This document shows positions 1 through 12,700 of a stretch of 64,000 nt of DNA, in pieces. Source of the stretch: Oopsacas minuta (Eukaryota; Animalia; Porifera); NCBI GenBank assembly GCA_024704765.1, contig JAKMXF010000317.1, forward strand, positions 182,194-246,193. Reading direction: 5' to 3'. Position 1 is the stretch's first letter, and each line of letters begins with the position of its first letter. The notes under the pieces are model-generated. The model was not told where the DNA came from and made no database searches. It saw only the letters and a list, made by a program, of their open reading frames with translations. A program made the translations under genes and the position numbers.

Positions 1-2
1 AC

Positions 3-323
3 AGAATCTACATCCTATCTCGGGATAACAACTCCATCCACTGCTACAACAGAGACTGTACTCTCCAGAATATTATACAGCTGACTGGACAGGATCAGCC
101 AATGACAGCAGCTAACTTCTTCACTATTGATAAGAAGGGGAACTTCTTAATTACAGATGATACTGCTAACAATATCATTATCTTCTCACCTCAAGGAGTG
201 ATGAAACATATTCTGGGTAGAGGACATCTCTATTTATTAAACGGTATTGTATTAGATAACTCAGATAATATTCTATGTGTGAATTATAGCTTTGAAGATA
301 AAGCCTGTTTCCAGAAATATTAA
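3..323 (+). CDS. 3' part of an NHL-repeat (beta-propeller) protein, runs off the window start
   Basis: Frame is open from nt 3 (RIYILSRDNNSIHCYNRDCTLQ...) into the 102..323 ORF. NHL-type blades FFTIDKKGNFLITD and LNGIVLDNSDNILCV. Confidence 0.75.
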   Translation, partial: RIYILSRDNNSIHCYNRDCTLQNIIQLTGQDQPMTAANFFTIDKKGNFLITDDTANNIIIFSPQGVMKHILGRGHLYLLNGIVLDNSDNILCVNYSFEDKACFQKY

Positions 324-2997
324 CATTTTCCTTACTTTGAGTGTATTTCCTATAATCTTGCTTTATCCAATTAGTATATTACTCATTTTTCATTTTCTTA
401 TTTTCTCATTTTGTAGTTTATACAAATATTTATCATTTTGATACTTCTTTTCATTAATGTATATCTCAAACCGATAAATCAGACATAGGATTTTACACAC
501 AAATTGAAATTCCTATTCAGTACACGATTTATTCCAAATTTCAGCCAATATTGAAAACTTAGTCTATTATACGCAAGAACCTCCCAAAGTGGGGTTCAGA
601 TAAGTCGCAGACAATTTTGAATAAAAATGTATACAAAAAATTCAATTAGAAATTCCAAAAGTGGAGTGAAATTCTATTAGTACCTGCCTTTATGGGAGAT
701 GTTAAGTTAGGGTGCCACGCAAAATGTTATGAAGGAAACATCTGTATTGAAGACAAAAGCCAAATAAATCTCCCAAAGTTGTTTACATCTCATAACTGGG
801 GTAAATTTGCAATGAAAAATTCCAAGAATAGGCATTGGAATTATTAAGGACAAATCTCATTAAATGGACGAAGATAACAGTAAAATTCATGTATGTCAGA
901 AGTGGGGTGCAGACTCTTGCAAATGATTTCTGGAAACCCCACTTTAGGAGGTTGTACTGTATTACAAAAGTGGTGATTGGCACCTTAGATGGAAAAGAAG
1001 ACAGATTGATAATTATTGATTGAAAATAATTGCTTTTGCAGAAATCTAGGCGATATAATTTCATTATATAAGATTAAGAGTGTGTAGATATGAGTTACAA
1101 AGTAAGACCTTTCAATATTACGTAATAATTGTATTGAAACAATGTACGGATATAGATGACCTTCACTTTGTTCAAGTCAATCATTTTCTTCAGATAATAG
1201 AAATAAGACATCGCAGACAAATATGCCTGACTAAAAAGAGTACATTGAATAAATTACTGAGGAAGAAATCACAGTTCTTAACATCAAGGAATTAAATAGA
1301 AGATTAAACAACAAAAATTATTCTAAACAATAACAACAAGCACTAAAATGACAGAAGTGAAAAATATAAATGAAAAAATATCGCAAAGACAGCCGCATGC
1401 ACAGCACGCAAACCTGGAGAATCTTTTAGAACTGCGGACGCTACTGATAGACGAATACCTGGGCCTAAAGCTAGAGGTGTTCGTATTGCAGAACGCTAAG
1501 GTCTGGCTTATCGAGCAAATGAGCGGCGATGAAGATGTCGAGTATGGCGAGTTTGTAATTGTGGAGTGATCATCACGATTTGCAGCTTGCCTTTCTCGCT
1601 CTGTATTATTTTTTGTTTATGTTGCTAATTAATTATTACCTATTAATTGAATCCAATCCATCAAATATGTACATCAATTCTAAAATAGCGGGGTTATATA
1701 CTTAGAGATAATTAGATGTTAGATGGTTTCCATAAACAATTATACAAATTGGTGATAAGACTTCGATTTATAAGCTGTCAAAAATATGATCGTATATTTA
1801 GTATCCTTGATGATATCAAATTGTTATGCATTTTAAGGTACAATTGGCTAATTAGTGACAGCATTTTACTACAAATTTTGATGTTTGATAATAATTATAG
1901 AATTAATTTTATAAAAACACCAAATGTGAAATTCTGTTCAAAAACAAATAACAATTTAAAAACGACTTAGAAATCTTTACAATAATATTGACTGCTTTAA
2001 GAAATGATATTTATGTTACTTTCTCATTTTCCTTTTAACTAGCCTACCCTTATAGCCCAGAACAGCCATTGGAGTAGTTCGAAGACTGGAGAAGCGCAGT
2101 TTTCTTCTAATATAAGCTATAATATTACTATAAGAGTTTCCTCTTTTTTCAGCTAGGAGTGATGCTAGCCTTTTGTGGAACTTGTCTGCTCCTTACTCAT
2201 CCCACACCACTGGTTGAAAAGACCAATGGTGTAAACGAAGACTTCTCTACCGGAGGATTCTAAAGATAATTATACATATCCTTCTTTTCAATTTATATAT
2301 CATTTATACACTGCAGTTAGAGACTTCGCTAGTCGTAACCATCACGAGACAAGAATGTTATTTATAATATAGAGACTTTATGTTAAGCCAAATTATTTGG
2401 TAGAAATTTATAGATTCAAAAAGGCACTGTAATTTCTTGAATGAAATTTCGTGGTCACAGGCGGTGATTTGAGATTTTTATCCTATTCTAGCTTCGTATA
2501 ATTCACGTATGTATCATTTGTCCGATCGAGGATTATGAATAGTTCCTTACTGATGGACAGGCTCAGACCGATGGACCAGTCCAGACCACTAGCTCGCTAA
2601 TTTGGACCTTCCAAACCCCCATTTTAGTGGAATTACGAGGGTTGGACAGTGTGTATGTAATTATTTCATTAGACCACTCTAATTGAATACATTGCTAGAG
2701 CATAACTAGAAATCCCTGAGCGAGGAGGCAGGGATGAATATTTGCCTCAATATATAGAGATGATTATAATAGGGAGATAGGGGAAGGCCCGAAAACGCGA
2801 GGAGGCAGGTATAAGCGCGATTTAGGGATCTCCATCCACGAAACACTAGCGATATAGGGAAGGAGGAGAGGCGAAATCGCTAGTGTTATAGGGATCCTTG
2901 GTTCTGTGTTCAGAATTTTACCTTGTATTGGTGTAAATATTCTTTTAAATGTTGCCCAGTGTTCTCACCACGTAGCCCTCAGAAGTCTGTCTGTCTG

Positions 2998-3153
2998 TTT
3001 AGAAGCGATATATACGTATATTGACACAACGAATCCAAGGCAGAATTCTGAACTAGAGTAGTAGTGAATACAGTACACCAGTACTACAATTGAATAGTTA
3101 TTATTCGTTAATTTGATAAAAATCCTTATTTGCAACTACATATCGCTTCTAAA
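2998..3153. repeat. small element bounded by 13-bp inverted repeats (MITE-like)
   Basis: tttagaagcgata (2998-3010) vs tatcgcttctaaa (3141-3153), with imperfect gtctgt / acagac extensions. Confidence 0.4.
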
Positions 3154-3339
3154 GACACAGACCAACCTCTGGGAGGCAGGGAGACTTGCCTTCGGGCAGG
3201 GGCCCTATTTAGCTAGATAGGTCCCCTACCCGAAGGAAAATCATTAGATTCGCCTCTCCCACTTATAGAGGTAACTACTGTATCTATTGTTTAGTATATT
3301 CACTATTATTCATTTCACAAAAGGAATTTTTCTACACAA

Positions 3340-4584
3340 ATGGCTACTGCAGAAGTTGATTTGAGTTTCTTAACTCAGATAAAAGAGAGTAGAAAGAAGA
3401 TTAGAGACTGCTTCAAGAAGTTGCATGAAGCTCTACAACTCAGAGAGAGTATCCTCCTCTCTCATATTGATCAACTAGAGAATAATTACAATAACAAAAC
3501 TCAAGAAATGAATTCATTGATCGAAGCTTTGAACAAAGAAATGGCGCAAGCTACAAAGACTCTCTCCGCTAACAAACTTGCTGAAACCCACAAACAAATT
3601 AATGAACTAACAGTTGAGACAGACAGTAGCATTGAGTTTGAATGGAACAATCAATTCGAGACTGACATAGAACAGCTAGGGAGTATTAAGCTTAACAGTC
3701 AGACTACCATATCTCCCACCCGCAACTTCCCTCCTCAAGTGAAGGCTGTTGTACCTGACTACAACGCTAAACAGCTGCCTACTGCTTACTGCTGTAAGAG
3801 ATCAGACAACAAAGCTCCAGGAGAACTGAACTGTCCCAGAGGTATAGCAGTTCTTAACCAAACTGGAGACATATACATAGCGGATTATTGCAACGATCGT
3901 GTACAAGTTTTTAGCTGTAACGGAGACTATCTCTTCATATTCAGTGAAAAGATGAACAAACCTATAGGTATCTGTATATCTCATAATATAGTGGTTGTTA
4001 CACAATATCATGGTCATTGCATTAATATGTACGGGCTAGAAGGGGAACTAATCAAGAGTGTTGGTAGTAAAGGGGATGGAAAAGTTCAGTTCTACTATCC
4101 ACACGGAGTAGATGTCTCTGATAGAAATATCAATGTGTACGCATGTGATTCCGGTAATAACAGAGTTCAAATCTTAACTCAAGAACTCAAGTTCCATTCC
4201 ATGCTAGGAATAGATTTGTTTGAGTATCCACGTGACGTTAAGGTTGCAAGAGACAGAGTATTGGTGCTAGATGGAAGTGATTCGTGTATGTTTGTGTTCA
4301 ATTCAGATCACGTTCTAACCAACAGACTGATAACTAGAGGTGATGGCAAACAAACAAACAATCCATTCCGTTTCGACATAGACAGAAACTATAACATCAT
4401 TATGAGTGACTACAGTAATCACTGTGTGTACGTATTCAATCAGGAGGGTGAACAGATACACAAGTTTGGGAAGGAAGGTCAGGGTATCGGGGAGTTCTTT
4501 CGTCCATTTGGAATAGCACTAGACAACACAGGACACATTATAGTTGTTTGTGATAAGCATACTAATTGTCTACAATTCTTTTGA
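3340..4584 (+). CDS. coiled-coil + NHL-repeat protein (TRIM-NHL-like C-terminal architecture, no RING/B-box in this ORF), 414 aa, intronless
   Basis: Uninterrupted ORF. N-terminal helical heptad region, then NHL repeats (ELNCPRGIAVLNQTGDIYIAD, QFYYPHGVDVSD, FEYPRDVKV, EFFRPFGIALDNTGHIIV). Confidence 0.88.
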   Translation: MATAEVDLSFLTQIKESRKKIRDCFKKLHEALQLRESILLSHIDQLENNYNNKTQEMNSLIEALNKEMAQATKTLSANKLAETHKQINELTVETDSSIEFEWNNQFETDIEQLGSIKLNSQTTISPTRNFPPQVKAVVPDYNAKQLPTAYCCKRSDNKAPGELNCPRGIAVLNQTGDIYIADYCNDRVQVFSCNGDYLFIFSEKMNKPIGICISHNIVVVTQYHGHCINMYGLEGELIKSVGSKGDGKVQFYYPHGVDVSDRNINVYACDSGNNRVQILTQELKFHSMLGIDLFEYPRDVKVARDRVLVLDGSDSCMFVFNSDHVLTNRLITRGDGKQTNNPFRFDIDRNYNIIMSDYSNHCVYVFNQEGEQIHKFGKEGQGIGEFFRPFGIALDNTGHIIVVCDKHTNCLQFF

Positions 4585-4963
4585 GTTTTGATCATCTTTC
4601 ACACTAACAATGTTATTCATTTGCCTATAATCATAACCTTATAATCTATAACAATATAGCATTATTATTACTGTACCGACTATACTTTCGTATAAACCTC
4701 AGTATTGATCTCAATGGAAAGTTTTTTAGGGGCTAATAATATTGAATATCCTGAAATATTTCTCAAATACAGCCAAGAAGGCCCAAGTCAGTCGAGGTCT
4801 GGTTCAAGCAGCATCAATTTGTTATGAGCAACGAAAAGGGTTATGGTATAATATTCTGAGAATGTAGGAAAACTCCTTGATCCATGGTTATATATACCTT
4901 CTGATGAAAATATCCATTTTCGAGTTTGAGCATATGTATCTCTATTGTGAAGCAAGGATTATA

Positions 4964-5080
4964 CAGTGTAACCTCGTCAATACGTATACCAAGGGACTAT
5001 CGAGATTTGTACTCCTTATTTGGAGTACGTATTAATCGGAAATTTGTATTAAATGTGTTTGTATTAACGAGGTTTCACTG
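4964..5080. mobile_element. Tc1/mariner-superfamily (pogo/Tigger-type ends) MITE, 117 bp
   Basis: TA|cagtgtaacctcg ... cgaggtttcactg|TA. Confidence 0.75.
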
Positions 5081-5580
5081 TAGATAAATATGGTTGAGAA
5101 ATAACTTTTGAAGCTGCCGGTACACTGAATTGTGTCTAGGGAAGTGTCTGCTATTTTAGTGGATGTATATTTTCACGCTAAACAATACTATTTTTGAGAA
5201 AAAAATCTATTATTTCAATTAATTTGCATATACAAGTTTCCCTCATGTTTTCATGCTTGTTTGCTTTCCATTTTGTATTTCTAACTAGAATAAATGTCAA
5301 CGGGATTTGTAAATATCAAAAGTAATTCAATAGGGGCATAATAGATGAAATCGGTATAGCATAGGTCCTGACGGTATTCCGGACGTGTGTAATATAGCAT
5401 TTCTCTATAGGAGCCGCTTACGAATTTCAGAAAAGTGATTAGAAATCTGATAGTGAACGTAATCGCGTTACGTTCACTATCCTTTTTTTGCGAAAGGATC
5501 GAATCACGATCTCCGATCATTTTTTAATGATCGTGATCGTGATCGTGATGGGATCATAAATTTGGTGATCGACTAATGAC

Positions 5581-5870
5581 GGTGTCATAGGGAATCCTGT
5601 TCTCTAAGTGTTTCCCCTTTGTGAATATTGTTCCCCCAAACATTCTTCACTAATGAATGATGTTTAGGGAAACAGGATTCCCTACGGAATGCTGTACGGA
5701 ATACTTGTTCACGTTTCTTGACCCACGTACGTGTTGCTAAGTGTGCAAAGGGAAACACTTGGAGAAACAGGGTTTCCTAGGGAATCATGTTTCCCTAAAC
5801 ATCATCCAATAGTGAATAATGTTCAGGAGAACAATATTACCTAGAGGGCAACAGGATTTCCTCTGACGCC
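5581..5870. mobile_element. foldback/MITE-like element with terminal and internal inverted repeats
   Basis: ggtgtcatagggaatcctgtt vs reverse complement ggcgtcagaggaaatcctgtt. Internal gatgtttagggaaaca / tgtttccctaaacatc pair. No clear TSD. Confidence 0.55.
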
Positions 5871-6079
5871 GGGTCGTTGAAGCAAGTGGCTATATATATT
5901 GACTCATATATCTTTCGTTGAAGGACACTTATATTTGGAATTATGAATAGGAAATGGGGGGTTATCAGGAGATTCGCCGCCCCACCTTTGGCCTCTCCCA
6001 CTTATAGAGGTAACTGCTATATCTATTGTTTAGTATATTCACTATTACTCATTTCACAAAAGGAATTTTTTCTCCACAA

Positions 6080-7310
6080 ATGGCTACTGCAGAAGTTGAT
6101 TTGAATTTCATAACTCAGATAAAAGAGAGTAGAAAGAAGATTGGGGACTGCTTCAACAAGTCGCATGAAGCTCTACAATTCAGAGAGAGTATCTTCCTCG
6201 TATTGATCAAATCGAGAAAGATTATAATAACAAAACTCAAGAGATGAATTCATTGGTCGAAGCTTTGAACAGAGAAATGTTGCAAGTTACAGAGACTCTC
6301 TCCGCTAATAAACTGGCTGAAACCCACAAATAAATTAATGAACTAACAGCTGAGACAGGCAGTAGCATTGAGTTTGAATGGAACAATCAATTCGAGACTG
6401 ACATAGAACAGCTAGGGAGTATTAAGCTTAACAGTCAGACTAACATACCTTTCACCCGCACCTTCCCTCCTCAAGTGAAGCCTGTCACACATAACTATAA
6501 GGCTAAACAGAAGCCTATAGCTTACTGTTGTAAGAATTCAGCGCACCAGAAAGCTCAAGGAGAACTGAACTTTCCCAGAGGTATAGCAGTTCTTAACCAA
6601 ACTGGAGACATATACATAGCGGATCATTGCAACGATTGTGTACAAGTTTTTAGCTGTAACGGAGACTATCTCTTCATGTTTAGTGAGAAGATGAACAAAC
6701 CTATAGGTATCTGTATAACTCAGAATAAAGTGTTTGTTGCACAATTATTTGGTCACTGTATTAATATGTACGAGCTAGAAGGGAAACTAATCAAGAGTGC
6801 TGGTAGTAAAGGGGATGGAAAAGTTCAGTTCTACTATCCACACGGAGTAGATGTCTCTGATAGAATAGCAATGTGTATGTATGTGATTCTTGGAATAAAC
6901 GAGTTCAAGTCTTAACTCAAGTTCCATTCCATGCTAGGAATGGATTTGTTTAAGTATCCATGTGACGTTAAGGTTACAAGAGACAGAGTATTGGTGCTAG
7001 ATAAGAGTGATCCGTGTATGTTTGTGTTCAATTCAGATCACGTTCTAACCAACAGACTGATAACTAGAGGTGATGGCAAACAAACAAACAATCCATTCCG
7101 TTTCGACATAGACAGAAACTATAACATCATTATGAGTGACTACTGTAGTCACTGTGTGTACGTATTCAATCAGGAGAACAGATACACAAGTTTGGGAAGG
7201 AAGGTCAGGGTATCGGGGAGTTCATTAATCCATGGGGAATAGCACTAGACAACACAGGTCACATTGTAGTTGTTTGTAAGAAGAATTCTAATTGTCTACA
7301 ATTCTTTTGA
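6080..7310 (+). pseudogene. pseudogenised tandem duplicate of the 3340-4584 NHL gene
   Basis: Colinear with 3340-4584 from about 90 nt upstream of the ATG to the TGA. Carries an early frameshift (~6200), CAA>TAA at ~6330, a 1-bp deletion (~6866), an 8-bp deletion (~6915) and a 4-bp deletion (~7177). Confidence 0.9.
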
Positions 7311-8220
7311 TTCTTTTGACTTACAAATAATTAACAACATTATTCGTGTATACAATTCTTGAATCACTGTCTGTGTCGACTTGAATTTTACCAATTTATT
7401 TTAGTGGATTATTGAAATTACATTTTTCTACTAAAAATATTCATTTTAGCAAAGAAAGATAAAATCGAAATTAACATCCCTGTTTAATCCTATTTAACAA
7501 CTGTATGCTAACCTCTAGGATAATTTTGAAATGTTTACCAAAGAGGTGTGAAATGATTAATCATATGGTAAATGTGCATATATATTACTAGAATGTATTG
7601 ACCAATAGAATTGCAGTCTATGGTCAATACAAATACATTACAGTGCTAATTCCATTATTTACACTCCACCAGAACTAATTTACACAAAAGTCATACTCCC
7701 GAATTATACTATAATTACCAATAAAGGTATAAATTCAAGATTTAGTAATTTTGGTATCAGAAGTACACAAGGCTATCTACAACTATAAAATGAAATTTCT
7801 ATACTTTCTAAAATGATATAAAATTATAAATAGATTTAATATTATAGTTCTGTTATAAATACTCCAATTATAGAATTCTATTGACATAATTATGACAAAG
7901 ATTTACTTTTAAAGTACTTGGAATAAATCCTTTAGAATATCCTCTCACCCAAATGGGGAAAATCCGCCACAAAAAGTAGGGGGATATATGTATGCACATC
8001 CCCCCGCTCCCTCGGGATTTACGCTCATAGATTAATTATGTCTATATAGTCATTTATGTGTATTTAGATTTGAAATATCATAATTGGGGTTTACATACTC
8101 AATTTACCTTGAGTAGCAGTCGAACGTCTCTTATATACAGCTAATTAGATTTTTGTTTATCTTTTATTTTTCATGGTGCATCTTCCTGTTCAACTTCCTA
8201 TGGCTTTTGGCCTCCCATAA

Positions 8221-8960
8221 GGCTTCAAGATATCTCATTTGAATCTACAAAGTTTACCTGATAAGCTTATTGATGTTCTCTACCTATCAAAGAATAAAGA
8301 ATGTGATATATTTTGTTTTAATGAGATCTGGTTAACACCCTCTCATCATCATGATGAATTTAAGTTTCCTGGATATACTCTCCTCAGGAAAGATAGATCG
8401 ACAGGAAAGGCCGGTGGGGGTGTGTCTATATGTATTGATTCAAACATAAATGTCAGATGACTTAACAAGCCCCGATATTGAATCTATAGCAATTGGGGTT
8501 GTTTCAACCAAAATTTCCTCAATTCTCCTCTTCGTTACGTATAGACCTCCTAATAGTACTGTACATTGGATAAACACTTGATGTCATGCTCGAGAGTGCT
8601 CTCTCTAAAACAAGGAAGCTATAGTAATTTGGAAAATTTAGTTTTGATATTTTATCCATCAATGATCCTATGAGTATAAGATGGACTGATGTAATGCATG
8701 ATCTGGGACTAGCGCAAGTGCTTAGTGAGCCAACTAGGGTTACAAAGAATTCAGCAACGTTAATTGACCACCACATAATACCCTCTAATCCTGATTTTCT
8801 GAGAACTGTTAAAGTAGCTAAATGTGATCTTAGTGATCACTTTCCGGTTTGTTTGATTATAATAAGCGTTTCAGTACAATCTGGGTCATAACATAATTGA
8901 ATATCGTCCTTTAAATGCTCTAAATTATGATAACTTTATGAAAGACCACTAATGATTGAC
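8221..8960 (+). pseudogene. apurinic-endonuclease (APE) domain fragment of a CR1/L2-type LINE ORF2
   Basis: Motifs HLNLQSL, CFNEIWL, GYTLLRKDR..GGGV, TYRPP, EPTRVT..SATLIDH, LSDHFPV. Stops and frameshifts present; no RT follows. Confidence 0.78.
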
Positions 8961-9106
8961 CACAATCCATCTTATTAGAGGTAATCAGATTTTGAAATCT
9001 GTCCTTTTGGACTTCTCAGTATTTTATTAGTACATAATTTTCTTATCACCCATCCTTGTATATCTATCTCGTTCTTTCATAGCTATCATTATTTCATTAG
9101 TAATCC

Positions 9107-9276
9107 CAGGGTTTTTTTCTAAATGATTTGAGGGGGGCAAAATCTCCCCCTGGAAATCGTTTTGCCCCTCCTGAGCTGTGGTCATGTCATACACTTTAGT
9201 TCCAAACTATACCTCCCTCTAAATTCATGAAATATAGATTAGCCCCCCCCTGAAAAATTCTCCTAAAAACCCCCTG
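9107..9276. mobile_element. short element with GC-rich ends (caggg...ccctg)
   Basis: cagggttttttt ... aaaaaccccctg, with aatcc on both flanks. Confidence 0.35.
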
Positions 9277-9769
9277 AATCCATTCTAGAATTATAGTGTG
9301 TCTAAAAATTCAGCTGTATTTCCGAAATATATTAAAATAAATGAAAAATAGGCTGATGATTATGGCCTCTGATTAATACAGTGTATGTAGGTTATAAAAA
9401 CATCGTCGGGAATTGCATATAATGTTCTTATATCCGCAATGTACTTATGACCGGTATGTCGTATACCATGGATATCGCTTATAGGAACACACTTAGGATT
9501 AGCAAAAAATGTTCTTATAACTGAAATTATCGTCTTGTCGGATATGTTATACATAAATACATGAGAACCTCATTCCAGAGGATGTTTATTTTATACTAGT
9601 CTGTTCCAAACCTGTTTTCATATATCTGGCATTTACTGTACTTATTTTGTGGAAATTATTCAAAATATTTTACCACAAACAAAATTTTGTCAGTCAGATT
9701 TAAGCGAATTACAGACCTTTGTTAAGAGCAGGCTAAGTTTAGAGAATCATTTCCTTATACCAATAATTA

Positions 9770-12700
9770 TTAACAAGATATATTAAAAGAACTCGCTACC
9801 TTATACACAAATAGTACACAAGGTTCGAACTTTTTAGTCCCAGAATTTTGAAATTGTTGGTGGAATGTATGTTTTTCTAAATTTTCACTACTATCATAAT
9901 ACTCCTTGTGCTTCCTCTGCGCTTGAATCAGTTGTCCTTCCACGAATTCTCTAATTTCAGTAAATTTCCGACGCAAAAGTGTTCATATGAAGTCTGGTTA
10001 TATCCAGGAAGTGGTCGTAAATAACTTGTTATGGGACTCTCTCGTCCATACATGATTTGAAAAGGTGATATCTCTTTCTATAGTGTGTTTCGAAGTGCGA
10101 TATGCAATAGTACCAATTGTAAGTATTTTTCCCAGTTCTCATTCTTCTCAGTATAGCATCAGAACATTTGGAGGACTGTTCTATTACTTCTTTCTACCGA
10201 ACCATTGCCCTGAGGGTGGTAAGGTGTTGAATGAGTTTTTCGGATTCCTAATGCGTTGCATGTTTCTTTCAAGAGCGTTGATTCAAAATTTCGTCCTTGA
10301 TCGGAATGAAAGAACTCAGGAATTCCATACATAGAAAATACCACACCAGAATTTCCGTTGTTGTCCCTGAATTTTATTAGACATAGGGTAACATTCCAAC
10401 CACTTTGTAAATTCGTCCTCTAAAACTTAGAGATACTGATTTTCCTTACTACTGACAGGAATCTCTAAGACAAGGGTGCTCAAACGGTGGCCCGCGAGAC
10501 CATTCGCTGTCGCCCGCGGATAATTATCTTATTTTCATTATTCATATATATACAATAGATTGACCTGCTTCAATCGTCAGATAATAATTGTTTTTTCTAA
10601 ATACTATATAGAAATAATTATAGATACTCTACGAATGCTTTAATGTTCCTAGTATAATACAGTATTTGGTAACTATAGTTTGAATTTAAGAATTCCATCA
10701 ATTATCAGAGCTTAACAAGTATAACGTAGGTCGTAGGATATTGATTTATTAGTTAAATCCAAGCAATATCATCACTCTCATTAGCAAAATTTCGTAGTTT
10801 AGGTAGATTTTTCTGCGATGTTATTCTACTATGAACAATACATAGTACCCCAAATCTAGGTTTAGTCCTATTGCCCACTTTCTAGAACACAAGCTGAGTT
10901 CAAAAGAGACATCAAATGATTCGAATCCATTTAAAAGATTATAATTTAAGTCAATAACCTGAATTTACAAGTAGAATCCATTGTTAAAGCAATATGAGGC
11001 CAAATAATATAGCTTGAAAATTGATTAAACTAAAGCCAAAGGCGATCTATGATTTGTGGCCCGTAGGTTTAAAAGTTTGAGTACCCCTGCTCTAAGACAT
11101 CTACCTGAAGTAGTTGCATGGCATGTCCAATAGGTGTATTCTGTATTCGTATTAACCCAATAAGCTAAATCTTTTAAGAGAATTAAAGTACGTTCCTCAT
11201 CTTGATGGCCAGCATCATCATCAGCCTGCTAGAGTAAATCACGACGCATAATTTCAGGTGCCACAATAACGGTTAGTAAATCAGAAAAAGGAATCGTTTT
11301 ATAATTGCGAATAACTGCCCCATCAACCAGTTGCAACTGAGACCCAATCTGTTTATTTCGTTTCAGCTCTGATCGATTCCACTGAGGAGTCGAAAAACGT
11401 TGAGAATACGGAATCATCTCTGATTCATACAGCATCTTTCCTAATACCGGAAGATTGAGCTGTTTACTTCGGATTTCTTTCATCGCAGGAAAGCGCGATA
11501 GTCCTATAAGCTCACATTGGGATTCCTTATGACAGGAATTCAGGTTTGAATCTGTCTTTTCCGTTATTGATATACGAGATGATGCATCCGCGTTATCATT
11601 GGTATTTCCTGGCCTATACTGTATTACGAAAACATATTCCGGTAACATGAGTACCAAACTCCACAGCCGCCCTATACTCTTCTGCCTTACTAACCACCCC
11701 AAAGGCTTATGATCTGTGAAAATGACAAAATTTCTTCCCAGTAGATAATGTCGGAAGCGTTTTACTGCCTCCACAATTGCAAGATATTCCAATGCCACGG
11801 TATCGTAATTTCTTAGCCGTCTACTATAATATGGTATCACCTGATTCTATTGTTCCAGCATTGCCCCCAATCCAGTGCGACTTTCATCTGTAAATATTTT
11901 AAACTTCTTTTTAATATCGTATCTACGAACTGTTTCTAAACACTCCCAATCCCCTTCATCATCTTAATTTATTGACGCTACTTGCAAATATGATTCTGGT
12001 TGAAATTGAAATTCTTCATCTACTGGACACGAGCTGGCATATATTTAATTCTCTACAATGTCTGCAAAGTTAATAGTACGAATAGTAGGCCCCTGTGCCC
12101 CCCTTTTAGCAAAGTTAAGGTTGATCCGATGACTCGTTAAGAAATCAGTGCCGAGAATATAATCTGTAATTAGTGGAGAAGTAATTTTAAACTTCTGGGA
12201 AGTTCGTAATTTACCAATCTGAATTTCTAATTTTACTTCCCCCACAGAGTTTATTCTTTTTCTAGAAGCGGTTAGCAATAGTTGCTCCCTGGTGCTATTT
12301 GATCCCTCTAAATCTGTTAATAATAGTGTTTGAAATTAGACTGACAAAATAGCTCTGTAGTTGAAGCCCTCTATTTGACTTAACAAGTGCATTTGTTTAA
12401 TTGGTTTACACAGTGTCACGATACTATTTCTTCTTTGCACAGCACACGGGTAATCATAACTTTCAGAATTGCCTTACATTCCCAATTGTTCCTTGATAGC
12501 TTCAACTGCTTCCTGGATTCCTTCTTTAGGTATCGAAGTATCCTTAATGGCAGTATCTTAGTGCCTTTGCTTTTTAGTTCTGTATTTGAATCAACGGTAG
12601 CAACGTATTCGGAACTCGGATGTTGTTGTTTTCCTTGCAAACGTATCAATATTTGAGCTCGTTTTATGGCTTCATTGGATGTTCGTACGTCCGGAGAGGT

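Noticed and set aside
780-1300. Possible Harbinger/ISL2EU-type transposase trace (IGTLDGK, RLIIID)
   Set aside because: Two short motifs only, too decayed to support.
1348-1569. 73-aa ORF in a GC-richer patch
   Set aside because: No recognisable motif in any frame beyond a faint Helitron-like RERQAA on the minus strand; cannot be called.
5449-5490. Bacterial rho-independent terminator or contaminant
   Set aside because: The context is eukaryotic with no bacterial gene upstream; kept only as an unexplained hairpin.
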